This document shows, in pieces, positions 9,480 to 19,047 of a DNA stretch of 64,000 nt (positions are counted from its first letter, which is position 1; every line of letters starts with the position of its first letter). The translations under genes were made by a program, and so were the position numbers. The notes under the pieces are model-generated. The model ran no database searches, had not been told where the DNA came from, and worked only from the letters and a program-made list of their open reading frames with translations. Origin of the DNA: an uncultured Gammaproteobacteria bacterium (GTDB lineage: Bacteria; Patescibacteriota; Patescibacteriia; Magasanikbacterales; GWA2-37-8). The stretch spans positions 132,143 through 196,142 of the forward strand of contig CAYZYP010000001.1 in NCBI GenBank assembly GCA_964482695.1. Reading direction: 5' to 3'.

Positions 9480-11111
9480 ATGCCCAAGTTTAAAAAAAAT
9501 ATTTTTCTATTGTTAGAAGAAAAAAATAATTATGTATTGCAAAATATAAACAAAAAAAATTTTGCCAAGTTTTTAGTAAGAGATGATTTAGATAAAGCGT
9601 TGCTCGCGCTAAGACAAATTAATAGTTTGCAAACTAAAGAGGGCGTATCTATATACGCAACTCATTTAGCATACGGAATTTCCATCTGGAGTTTTCATCA
9701 GCAGTTATTTTTTTTGCCAGTTTTAACTGAATATATAAAGTACGAAGAGTTGATATGCTTTTTGTATAATAATAGAGATGAGTATAAAGTGATACTTCCA
9801 GCTGGCTCTAAAAAGCTAAAAATTTATTTAGAAGCCGCGGGCGTAACTGTTAAAGTTGGTCAGAATTTATTGAATATTATAAATAATTTATTAAGATGGG
9901 CGATAAAAATTACCGCATGGTTTTTTGCTTGTATAATTACTATTTTAGCGATATTAAAGTTGTGGAAAAACAAACCGGTTTTTTTAATATACACACCAGA
10001 CAAATATAACAAACAAAGCGATGGGGATTTTCGTGTTAAGGCAGTTTACGATCATTTAAGAAATAAAAAATATTCTTATCTTGAAATATTTCATACAACT
10101 TTTGGCGTTGATTTCTTTAAAAATCTATTTAAAAGGCGCCGTTTGGCGATATACTTGGATGTATTTTATTTTTTGGGTAGAGGTAGATTAGAAAAAAAAT
10201 CAGTTTTAAATCTTAAAGATTTTATCGAACCAAGCCGGTCAGTAATGCGTTTTTTATTAGAGGAACTCGAATCAAAAGTTCAGAAGAGCGAGAAACTTAT
10301 ACGGGTTTTTTTATTTTTATTTAAACACAGTTCGTTAAAAAAATTTATATCCATAGACGATCCGCGTTACACACAAGAAATTTTAGTATCTTGCAAGACT
10401 TGTGGTATTGAATCAGTAGGGTTTCAACATGGTCATTTTACCAAATATCACGTTGGTTGGTTGAATTATGGCATCCCAAAAGAATTATGTGTCGCCTTTG
10501 ACACCCTGTATGTTTGGAATGAATATTGGAAAAAAATACTAGTTAAATATAGTAGTCATTATAACGCCACTAATGTTAAAATAGGTGGTGAATTACGTCG
10601 GCCCAGTGATTTATCGTTTGGTAAAAAGATTGAGCCGAGAAATGTATCGAACCTAACAATATTAGTACCGTATGAAAGTTTGGCGCCCAAGGAAGAAATC
10701 AAGCTTTATATTGAACGTTTTAAAACAATGGGCATAAGAATTTATTTTAAAACTCGACCGGATGTGAATGTTAAAAAGCAACTACTGGAGTACGGCCTGT
10801 CTTCTTCCGAGGTAAAAATTGTCAATGTTCTAGACAGCAAAGTTTTATCAGAAATTGATGCCGCCGTAGGAGTGTACACAACATTTTTATATGAGATAAT
10901 TTTTTATGAGAAGCCGGTTTTTATTTTGGAAACAACGTCTGTCTTGGGTGATGATTTATTGGCAGAAGGTTTGGCTGTCGAGTTGGCCAAAGAATTCGAA
11001 CCAGAGTTTTTACTCCATGCAATAAATAACAATTTTAAGAGTAAAAAACAACTTGCTTGGCCACCGGCACCAAAGATACAAGATGTTTTAAATGATATTA
11101 TTAAACTATGA
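9480..11111 (+). CDS. Hypothetical membrane-anchored protein, possible polymer (capsule/teichoic-type) transferase
   Basis: Single TM helix (ITAWFFACIITILAILKLW); C-terminal region with HGHF motif; no confident family assignment. Confidence 0.35.
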   Translation: MPKFKKNIFLLLEEKNNYVLQNINKKNFAKFLVRDDLDKALLALRQINSLQTKEGVSIYATHLAYGISIWSFHQQLFFLPVLTEYIKYEELICFLYNNRDEYKVILPAGSKKLKIYLEAAGVTVKVGQNLLNIINNLLRWAIKITAWFFACIITILAILKLWKNKPVFLIYTPDKYNKQSDGDFRVKAVYDHLRNKKYSYLEIFHTTFGVDFFKNLFKRRRLAIYLDVFYFLGRGRLEKKSVLNLKDFIEPSRSVMRFLLEELESKVQKSEKLIRVFLFLFKHSSLKKFISIDDPRYTQEILVSCKTCGIESVGFQHGHFTKYHVGWLNYGIPKELCVAFDTLYVWNEYWKKILVKYSSHYNATNVKIGGELRRPSDLSFGKKIEPRNVSNLTILVPYESLAPKEEIKLYIERFKTMGIRIYFKTRPDVNVKKQLLEYGLSSSEVKIVNVLDSKVLSEIDAAVGVYTTFLYEIIFYEKPVFILETTSVLGDDLLAEGLAVELAKEFEPEFLLHAINNNFKSKKQLAWPPAPKIQDVLNDIIKL

Positions 11112-11833
11112 AAATATTTTTATCGTTTTTAGCAAAAATTAAGGCGGATGTAAAACAATTATTTGGTTATCCGCGAGTGGAATATGGAGAGAAGATGAGT
11201 GTTGATTATGAAGTATATTGGCGAAGAAGAAGGGGAAAAAAGGAAGCTTTTTTTTCATCATGGCAAAGGCAGCGAGCCGATATAACCCTAAAAATTATCG
11301 AACCCAATTCTAGAGTGATTGATTTAGGCTGTGGAGATGGGGCGACAATAAATTATTTACAGGAACATTCTCATATACATGGCATAGGTGTTGATATAAA
11401 TTTAGAGATGTTAAAAAAAGCTTCGACATTGGGTGTAAAAACAATACAAATGGATATCAATAACTTGGAGTCAATTAAAACCTTGCCAGAAGTAGATTAT
11501 ATATTAGGTTTTGAGATTATAGAGCACATGCCTTGCCCAGAAAGTTTGATTTATCATTTACTGGATAAAGCCAAAAAGGGATTAGTTTTTTCTGTACCAA
11601 ATACAGGTTATTATTCTCATAGACTTCGTTTGTTGTTTGGCAAGTTTCCGCTTCAATGGGCTGCTCATCCTGGCGAACACTTACGTTTTTGGACAGTAAA
11701 AGATATGAAATTTTGGTTAAAATCAATAGGAGTTAAATCAGCAAAGATTATTTTATACGAAGGTTTGCCAATATTAAATAAAATTTTTCCTTCTTTGTTC
11801 GCCCAGGGGATTATTGTTTATTTTAAGAAATAG
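11108..11833 (+). CDS. Class I SAM-dependent methyltransferase
   Basis: Motif I VIDLGCGDGATINYL; 4-bp start/stop overlap with the upstream gene. Confidence 0.7.
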   Translation: MKIFLSFLAKIKADVKQLFGYPRVEYGEKMSVDYEVYWRRRRGKKEAFFSSWQRQRADITLKIIEPNSRVIDLGCGDGATINYLQEHSHIHGIGVDINLEMLKKASTLGVKTIQMDINNLESIKTLPEVDYILGFEIIEHMPCPESLIYHLLDKAKKGLVFSVPNTGYYSHRLRLLFGKFPLQWAAHPGEHLRFWTVKDMKFWLKSIGVKSAKIILYEGLPILNKIFPSLFAQGIIVYFKK

Positions 11834-13109
11834 CGATAAAATCTTTTTTTGGCAAAGTATAAAATAATATAAATAAAGTTAATGAAGTCACTATCTGTGT
11901 AATTAGTTTAGTTAAGATTACTCCCCAAATACCATAAAGCGGTAATAAAATTAAAAGACATATTAAATTGGCAAGGCCATTAACAAAATTAAGATAATGC
12001 AACTGGCGTTTTTTCACATGGGCGATTAAGCTTTGAGAAAACAAAACATCTGGTAGTGATAAAAGATTAAAAATTAAGATTTGTGAAAAAATAACAGCTT
12101 GTTGATAAGCAGGGAAAAGAGTTTTATAAATTAAAGGCGCTACCAGAACATAAAAAATGATTATAGGTAGCGGTACCAAAAGAAGTTTTATTATTTTATT
12201 TTTTGCTGATAATTTGATTTCAATTAAAGATTTTTGACTTAATTTTGGCAGCAAAAGATCTTTGAGAGTTGGTTTTAAAAAATCAATTATTTGTTGGGCA
12301 GGAGTGACCGCAAAAGTGTATACAGCTAATTGTATTGGACCTAGAAAGTGGAATACCAATATTTTATCTATATTTTTTACTGTCAAACCAATGAATTTAT
12401 TAGCAGTAAGACGTTTGGCAAAATCAATGCTTTCTTTTGTTATTTTTTCTGGTCGGTCTATTTGTTTTTTGGCTAGTAAGTAAATAATTAAAGAAGTAGT
12501 AGTATTAATAGTAAAGTAAACAATAATCAGATAAAGTGGATTTTTGGTAATAAGCAAAGTAAATGTTATTGCTATAACATAAATTAAATTTTGGAATATA
12601 ATACGATAGGCTCTGGTCTTGAAGTCTCTTTTCCCCAAAAAGTAAGGGTCAGATAAATTGGCGCCTTGTTGAAGTGGCAACAAAATTGCCATTATTAAAA
12701 GTGAGATAGCCAGCAAATTGTTGCCTAGTAGGTAATAGTAAGCAGCACCAGATAATCCGGCGATAATTATGCCAAAACTCCATTTTAAAGATGTTATAAA
12801 CGCGTCCTTTAAGATTTTTGTTGATCCAGACGCCACTGTTTGAGCAACTGCATCATCTAGCCCAGTCAGAGAGAAAATACCTATGATGCCGGCAACTGAT
12901 ATTATGTACTTATATATTCCATAGGTTTCTGGCGACAATAAATTGGCATATAATATAGATAAACCAAAAGCAGAGAGTATTAAGAAGATTCTGCTAGCAG
13001 ATATCCAAAACCCACCCCTGGCCAAATAAATCATATCTGTTTTAGTGTATTTTTGGCTCCAAAGCAGTATTTTCTTGATTTTTTCCTGGGTAGTGGTAAA
13101 ATAAGGCAT
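11823..13109 (-). CDS. Polysaccharide flippase (Wzx/MOP superfamily)
   Basis: Roughly 12 predicted TM helices, MOP-type topology, embedded in glycan locus. Confidence 0.7.
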   Translation of the reverse strand: MPYFTTTQEKIKKILLWSQKYTKTDMIYLARGGFWISASRIFLILSAFGLSILYANLLSPETYGIYKYIISVAGIIGIFSLTGLDDAVAQTVASGSTKILKDAFITSLKWSFGIIIAGLSGAAYYYLLGNNLLAISLLIMAILLPLQQGANLSDPYFLGKRDFKTRAYRIIFQNLIYVIAITFTLLITKNPLYLIIVYFTINTTTSLIIYLLAKKQIDRPEKITKESIDFAKRLTANKFIGLTVKNIDKILVFHFLGPIQLAVYTFAVTPAQQIIDFLKPTLKDLLLPKLSQKSLIEIKLSAKNKIIKLLLVPLPIIIFYVLVAPLIYKTLFPAYQQAVIFSQILIFNLLSLPDVLFSQSLIAHVKKRQLHYLNFVNGLANLICLLILLPLYGIWGVILTKLITQIVTSLTLFILFYTLPKKDFIAIS

Positions 13110-13143
13110 AATCAGTTACAATTTTTAACTTTATAACTATTTT

Positions 13144-14532
13144 ATGAATGTTTTATATATTGGCGCTGGCTTTGTGGGTACTTGTTCGGCGGCTATTACG
13201 GCCGACAGTGGCCATCGTGTTTTGGTTTATGATGTAGATGAAAATAAGATAAAAAGCCTTGGTTCTGGCGATCGGGATACTATTAAAAATTGCTTGTTTG
13301 AAAACGGTTTGGGCGATCTATTGGTGCGCCACAAAGATCGTATTAATTTTACCACAGATTACACTCAAGTAGAAGCTTTTTTAGAGAAATGCGATGTTGT
13401 TTTTATGTGTTTGCCAACGCCAGAAATAGACGAAACAGGCGAGAGTGATTTAAGCTATTATTTCTCTGCCGCGGAAAGATTAGCACAAAGTTTGTTAAAA
13501 CGCAATAATAATATTCAGGAAAAATATATTGTTATTATTAATAAAAGCACCGTGCCGATAAGCATGATAGACAAAACCAAAGAAATAATGGATAAAATTG
13601 GTGTTAAAAATTATGGCGTTGTTTCTAATCCAGAATTTTTGGTAGAAGGCAAAGCTATTGAAGGCTCCATGAAGCCAAGCAGGGTAGTAGTTGGCGCGGA
13701 AAAAGAAGTTGATTTTAAAATTATGCGTAGTCTGTATCAGCGTTTTTATGACGCGCCAGGAGTGCAATATATTGAAACTAACCCGCAAGAAGCAGCTGCC
13801 GGTAAACTGTTGGCCAACTTTTATTTATTTAACAAATTAATGATTTGCTTTGATGTTATTGGACGTGTTTGCGAAACATTCCCTGATACTAAGTTTGAAA
13901 ATATTAGAAGAATATTAACTTCTGACGACAGGATTGGCAAGTGGGGATTTTATAACAGCCTATATGCTGGTGGTAGTTGTTTTATCAAAGATGCTCGTTC
14001 GTTGTCGCACCAGTTGCAAACAGCCGGCCAAGGGGCTACTATGATAAACGAAACTCATTTGGCCAACAAGAGGCAGTTAGAATTATTTTTAGCCAGAGCG
14101 GAAAAAGAAGTAAAATTTGATTGGGGAGGCAAAAAAGTTGCTTTAATAGGCCTGGCTTTCAAACGCGATACTAACGATATTCGTAATTCTTCTAGTTTGG
14201 ATACTGTGAATTTTTTAATTGAAAAGCAAGTAGGGAGAATTAATATTTACGATCCAGCTGCCATGGCTAATTTTAAGAAAGTTCATCCAGAGTCGGAACA
14301 AATTAAATATTTTGACAACGAATTTACCGCTGTTAAAGAAGCCGATATTGTGATTTTGGCCACTGATTGGCCGCAGTTTCGTGGTTTAGCAGATATAATT
14401 ATAGCTCGGCTAGAGCATAAGCCATTGATTATGGATGGTCGGCGTATTTTGCAGCACCGTTATGATATTTTACAAAATGCTGGTTTTGATATTATTGCTG
14501 TTGGGAGTCCGCTGATAAAAGGTAAATCCTAA
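13144..14532 (+). CDS. Nucleotide-sugar (UDP-glucose-type) 6-dehydrogenase
   Basis: N-terminal NAD motif IGAGFVGT; catalytic GGSCFIKD; central helix-dimerisation region. Confidence 0.8.
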   Translation: MNVLYIGAGFVGTCSAAITADSGHRVLVYDVDENKIKSLGSGDRDTIKNCLFENGLGDLLVRHKDRINFTTDYTQVEAFLEKCDVVFMCLPTPEIDETGESDLSYYFSAAERLAQSLLKRNNNIQEKYIVIINKSTVPISMIDKTKEIMDKIGVKNYGVVSNPEFLVEGKAIEGSMKPSRVVVGAEKEVDFKIMRSLYQRFYDAPGVQYIETNPQEAAAGKLLANFYLFNKLMICFDVIGRVCETFPDTKFENIRRILTSDDRIGKWGFYNSLYAGGSCFIKDARSLSHQLQTAGQGATMINETHLANKRQLELFLARAEKEVKFDWGGKKVALIGLAFKRDTNDIRNSSSLDTVNFLIEKQVGRINIYDPAAMANFKKVHPESEQIKYFDNEFTAVKEADIVILATDWPQFRGLADIIIARLEHKPLIMDGRRILQHRYDILQNAGFDIIAVGSPLIKGKS

Positions 14533-14546
14533 CAAAGCGTGTGTAA

Positions 14547-15875
14547 ATGAGTTTTTTATTAAAATATTTTATGGTGAATTTCGACAATTTACTATCAAAA
14601 AAAGAAAAAATTTGCGTAGTTGGCTTGGGATATGTTGGTTTGCCGTTAGCTGTTTTATTGGCGAAAAAATTTGCGGTTGTTGGTTTTGACATTAACAAGC
14701 AAAGAATAGAAGAATTGAAAAAAGGTATTGATAAAACAGGAGAAGTTAATGAAAGTGAATTAAAAAATACTAATATAGAATTTTCTGCAGACAGTGAAAT
14801 TATTAAAACAGCTAGTTTTATTATATTAGCTATTCCTACCCCAGTTGATAAAGATAATCGCCCTGATTTAGGTTTGGTAGAAAAAGCCACTGTCATGGTA
14901 GGGAAAAATTTGCGTCAAGGAGCTATAATCGTTTACGAATCAACTGTCTATCCAGGAGTAACAGAAGATATTTGTCTGCCAATTTTAGAAAAAGAGTCGG
15001 GGTTAAAAGGTGGTATTGATTTTAAAATTGGTTATTCGCCAGAACGAGTGAACCCTGGAGACAAAGAACATGGGATAGATAAAATAATTAAAATAGTTTC
15101 TGGCCAGGACCAAGAATCATTACAAATAATTGCCGGGGTTTATGGGGCTATTACTACTGTATACGAAGCCAGTTCTATTAAAGTGGCCGAGGCAGCCAAA
15201 GTTATTGAAAACACTCAACGTGATTTAAATATTGCCTTGATGAATGAATTATCGGTTATTTTTCATAAAATGGATATAGATACAAAAGAGGTGTTAAAAG
15301 CGGCTGGCACAAAGTGGAATTTTTTAAAATTTTATCCTGGCTTAGTAGGCGGACATTGTATTGGCGTAGATCCGTATTATTTAACTTATAAAGCAGAACA
15401 AATTGGTTACAATCCAGAGGTTATTCTAGCCGGACGCAGAATTAATGATTTTATGGGGAAATGGATAGTGGATGAATTGATTAAAAAAGCTGTCGAGCTT
15501 GGCAAAAATATTAGTAAATTAAAAGTTTTAATAGCCGGTTTTACTTTTAAAGAAAACGTACCGGATATTCGTAATTCTAAAGTTTTTGATATTTACAAAG
15601 CCTTAATTTCTCTTGGATTAAAACCTGTGGTGTATGATCCTATCGCAGACATAATAGAAACCAAGAGGGAATATGGACTTGATTTAGTTAATTCTTTGTC
15701 CAGTGAGTTGTTTGATGTTGTAGTAGTGGCAGTGTCTCACAATGAATTTAAAGATAAAAAAATAGACGATTGGAAAAAATTAATGTCTGGCCAACAATCG
15801 CTGTTGGCTGATGTTAAAGGTATATATAATTCACAAGAGGCAAGTGAATTAGGAATTGTTTATTGGAGACTGTAA
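14547..15875 (+). CDS. Nucleotide-sugar dehydrogenase (UDP-GlcNAc/ManNAc dehydrogenase-like)
   Basis: VVGLGYVGLPLAVLLA; catalytic VGGHCIGVDP typical of WbpA/TviB/WecC. Confidence 0.8.
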   Translation: MSFLLKYFMVNFDNLLSKKEKICVVGLGYVGLPLAVLLAKKFAVVGFDINKQRIEELKKGIDKTGEVNESELKNTNIEFSADSEIIKTASFIILAIPTPVDKDNRPDLGLVEKATVMVGKNLRQGAIIVYESTVYPGVTEDICLPILEKESGLKGGIDFKIGYSPERVNPGDKEHGIDKIIKIVSGQDQESLQIIAGVYGAITTVYEASSIKVAEAAKVIENTQRDLNIALMNELSVIFHKMDIDTKEVLKAAGTKWNFLKFYPGLVGGHCIGVDPYYLTYKAEQIGYNPEVILAGRRINDFMGKWIVDELIKKAVELGKNISKLKVLIAGFTFKENVPDIRNSKVFDIYKALISLGLKPVVYDPIADIIETKREYGLDLVNSLSSELFDVVVVAVSHNEFKDKKIDDWKKLMSGQQSLLADVKGIYNSQEASELGIVYWRL

Positions 15876-15908
15876 ACAAGCTAAAATTTTATATTTATAT
15901 ATAATTTT

Positions 15909-16814
15909 ATGAATTATCTTGTCACTGGTGGCGCTGGTTTTATCGGCACCAATATAGCGAAGCAGCTTTTAAAAGATGGTCACCAAGTTAGCGTTTTTGA
16001 TAATTATAGTTCTGGCGAACACAAAGGGCGTCGTCAAGAAGGCGCAGAATATATTAAAGGCGATATTCGCGAATTGACTGCTTTGCAAGAAGCAATGAAG
16101 GGTATAGACGGTGTATTTCATACTGCTGCCGTGCCTCGCATGCCTTATTCAGTAGAACATCCAGTGGAAACTAACGAGGATAATATTACCGGTACTTTAA
16201 ATGTTTTGGTAGCGGCCAGAGACGCCAAAGTTAAAAGAGTGGTATATAGCGCGTCTTCTTCTGCTTATGGCGATCAAAAAGTAACTCCTTTTGTAGAAAC
16301 AATGAAACCAAGACCAATGAGCCCATATGGTTTACAAAAATTTGTTGGCGAAGAATATGCCCGGTTATTTTATGAATTATATGGTTTAAAAACTGTTTCT
16401 TTGCGCTATTTCAATGTCTATGGTCCATACATGGATCCAGACGGAGCCTATGCTTTGGTAATTGGCAAATTTTTGAAACAGAAGTTAGCTGGCAAGCCAA
16501 TGACAGTTTGCGGTGATGGCGAGTATTATCGTGATTATACGCATGTTCAAGATATCGTACGCGCTAATATTTTGGCAATGAATAGTTCTAATGTTGGAAA
16601 AGGAGAAACTATAAATATTGGCAATGGCCGGCCATATTCTGTTAATGAACTTGTTCGATTGATAGGTGGTGAGTTTATTTTTATTGAACCCAGGCCAGGT
16701 GATCCGCGCCACACAGAAGCAGATTTTGGTTTAGCTAAAGAATTGTTGAACTGGGAACCAACTATCGCTCTGCCAGATGGGGTAGAGGAGTTAAAGAAAG
16801 AATGGAAAATTTAG
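15909..16814 (+). CDS. NAD-dependent nucleotide-sugar epimerase/dehydratase (short-chain dehydrogenase/reductase, SDR)
   Basis: VTGGAGFIGTNIAKQLL; YSASSSAYG; YGLQK (YxxxK). Confidence 0.8.
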   Translation: MNYLVTGGAGFIGTNIAKQLLKDGHQVSVFDNYSSGEHKGRRQEGAEYIKGDIRELTALQEAMKGIDGVFHTAAVPRMPYSVEHPVETNEDNITGTLNVLVAARDAKVKRVVYSASSSAYGDQKVTPFVETMKPRPMSPYGLQKFVGEEYARLFYELYGLKTVSLRYFNVYGPYMDPDGAYALVIGKFLKQKLAGKPMTVCGDGEYYRDYTHVQDIVRANILAMNSSNVGKGETINIGNGRPYSVNELVRLIGGEFIFIEPRPGDPRHTEADFGLAKELLNWEPTIALPDGVEELKKEWKI

Positions 16815-16827
16815 AAAAGTAAAGATT

Positions 16828-16861
16828 AAAAAATGCCTTGGTTAACTCCCAGGCATTTTTT
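16828..16861. terminator. Bidirectional hairpin terminator between convergent epimerase and rpmA
   Basis: AAAAAATGCCTTGG-loop-CCAGGCATTTTTT, A-tract upstream and T-tract downstream. Confidence 0.55.
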
Positions 16862-16887
16862 GTATTTTGCGATACGATTCAGTTCAA

Positions 16888-17166
16888 TTAATCTGTTAAT
16901 ACATTAACAAATTTAGAAATCTTTCTTGTTCCGTCGAAACGAGTTCTTTTGCGTTGAGTAAATTTGATTTTTCCAACTACCATTGCGTACAAAGTATCGT
17001 CTTTACCTTTTTTAACATTTTTTCCAGGATGAAATCTCGTGCCTCTTTGGCGAATTATAACCATGCCAGGTTTAACCGCTTGTCCATCGTGCATTTTAAC
17101 ACCTAGCCGTTGAGCGTTTGAATCACGACCCAACCGCGTAGAACCACCTGCTTTTTTATGTGCCAT
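16888..17166 (-). CDS. rpmA: 50S ribosomal protein L27
   Basis: [24 protein letters not shown]... matches L27 signature throughout. Confidence 0.95.
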   Translation of the reverse strand: MAHKKAGGSTRLGRDSNAQRLGVKMHDGQAVKPGMVIIRQRGTRFHPGKNVKKGKDDTLYAMVVGKIKFTQRKRTRFDGTRKISKFVNVLTD

Positions 17167-17352
17167 ATTTATTAGTTATAAAGTTCTTAAAGTTAAAAGT
17201 ATTGATTATGGCAAAATTATAATATAAAAACATAATATTGTCAATATCTTCCAGTATCTTCTAAATGTACACGGCCAGTTGTTTTTATGTGAATTTTAAG
17301 GTATAATTCAGATATAAGGGCGTTTTACAACCTTCAACTTTATAACTTCGCT

Positions 17353-17706
17353 ATGTTTTATTCTCCGAAAATATATTTTCGTGATTGGTGGATAAATATG
17401 CCTTTGCTTGGGGTTTTGCTAATGCAGTTTTTTATCTGGTGGTATATTTTTTCCAATATTCAGCCTTCGGATGAACAAATATTTTTGCATTATAATATTA
17501 TTTTTGGTATCGATTTAGTTGGTGTTTGGTGGAAAATTTTATATTTACCGATTATTGGCGGCATTATGTTTTTATTTAATTTTTTGCTGTCTTATTTCTT
17601 TTATAACTTCGATAGATTTTTGGCCCGTTTATTAGCGGCTTGGATATTTTTGATTCATATTTTTTTGTTAGTCGCGGTAGTATTATTAGTGGGGCTTAAT
17701 ATATAA
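17353..17706 (+). CDS. Small hypothetical membrane protein
   Basis: Three hydrophobic segments; preceded by a TGn-less TATAAT element near 17301. Confidence 0.4.
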   Translation: MFYSPKIYFRDWWINMPLLGVLLMQFFIWWYIFSNIQPSDEQIFLHYNIIFGIDLVGVWWKILYLPIIGGIMFLFNFLLSYFFYNFDRFLARLLAAWIFLIHIFLLVAVVLLVGLNI

Positions 17707-17748
17707 ATTATAAAATTTTTAAATTTACTTTAAAAATCGCAATTATTT

Positions 17749-18843
17749 ATGCCAAATAGACAAGGCGTGGACCGTCTTTTTTTATCAGCCTTTTTTGTGC
17801 TTTTATTAACAGGCTTAATCATGTTGACTTCGGCCAGCGCCTCTATTGGTTATGCCCAATTTAGTGATACCTACTTTTTTATTAAAAAACAAATGTTATT
17901 TGGTTTATTGCCCGGGATAATATTATTTTATTTATGTCTAAAAATAGATTATCGTCTTTGGCAAAAATTTAGTTGGTTAGTATATTTTTTATCTCTAATA
18001 TTATTAATATTAGTTTTTATTCCGGGATTAGGCGTAATAATAAACGGCGCGCGTAGTTGGTTGGATATATTTGGTTATACTTTTCAGCCAGCTGAATTTG
18101 GTAAATTAGCAGTTGTTTTAATAATGGCTAACTTATTATCAGAACCACGTCGCGATTTAAATGATTGGAAAAATGGGCTTTTACCGGTTTTAGCTGTTAT
18201 AGCTCCAATGATTCTTTTAATAGCCGGCCAGCCGGATATTGGCACCCTGTCTATTCTGGTAGTAATGATTTTTGTTATTCTCTATTTAGCCGGTTTGCGT
18301 AAAATTTATTTAGTAATTTTAGGTTTAGTTAGTCTAATTGCTTTTGTTGGCTTACTGCTGCTAGCTCCATACCGCGTGGCTCGTTTAACCACTTTTTTAC
18401 ACCCAGAATTAGATCCTAAAGGAATTGGCTACCAAACAAATCAAGCTTTTTTAGCTATTGGTTCTGGTGGTATTTGGGGATTGGGTTTAGGGCACTCTAG
18501 ACAAAAATTTCAATATTTACCAGAAGTACACGCTGATTCAATATTCGCTATTATTGCCGAAGAAATGGGGTTTTTAGTCACCCTAGCGATTGTTTTACTA
18601 ATTACTTTTTTTGGCTTAAGAGGTTTTAAAATAGCCAAAAAAGCGCCAGATGATTTTAGTCGTTTACTAGTGTCAGGAATTATGATATGGTTTATGTGGC
18701 AATCCTGGCTTAATATCGGCGCGATGGTTGGTGTTTTTCCGCTTACTGGTGTGCCTTTGCCTTTTATTAGCCATGGTGGGTCGGCTTTAATGGTAGGGCT
18801 CATGGGGGTGGGGATAGTGGCCAGGGTGAGTAAGCAGATATAA
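17749..18843 (+). CDS. ftsW: SEDS-family cell-wall glycosyltransferase (FtsW/RodA)
   Basis: Ten TM helices; PAEFGKLAVVL and ISHGGSALM motifs characteristic of FtsW/RodA/SpoVE. Confidence 0.85.
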   Translation: MPNRQGVDRLFLSAFFVLLLTGLIMLTSASASIGYAQFSDTYFFIKKQMLFGLLPGIILFYLCLKIDYRLWQKFSWLVYFLSLILLILVFIPGLGVIINGARSWLDIFGYTFQPAEFGKLAVVLIMANLLSEPRRDLNDWKNGLLPVLAVIAPMILLIAGQPDIGTLSILVVMIFVILYLAGLRKIYLVILGLVSLIAFVGLLLLAPYRVARLTTFLHPELDPKGIGYQTNQAFLAIGSGGIWGLGLGHSRQKFQYLPEVHADSIFAIIAEEMGFLVTLAIVLLITFFGLRGFKIAKKAPDDFSRLLVSGIMIWFMWQSWLNIGAMVGVFPLTGVPLPFISHGGSALMVGLMGVGIVARVSKQI

Positions 18844-18893
18844 AGGAGGTTAAAATTTTGGCAAAGAAGCACGCGTAAATGTTATTTCTTGCA

Positions 18894-19018
18894 CCAGCGA
18901 ACACATACATCTTTTTAGGAAAAAAAGCAGTTATCCGTTTGCCTTTTTGCCTACGTTTACACTTGGCAAAAAGTTTTCCGACCACTTTTTTTCCTAAAAA
19001 GATGTATGTGTTCGCTGG
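18894..19018. repeat. Intergenic palindromic element, copy 1 (conserved core shared with 52911-53024)
   Basis: About 34-bp perfect outer inverted repeat (CCAGCGAACACATACATCTTTTTAGGAAAAAAA / rc) enclosing core AAAGCAGTTATCCGTTTGCCTTTTTGCC ... GGCAAAAAGTTTTCCGACCACTTTTTT. Confidence 0.7.
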
Positions 19019-19047
19019 TAAGTTATAAAAAGTTAGTATTTTAATTT

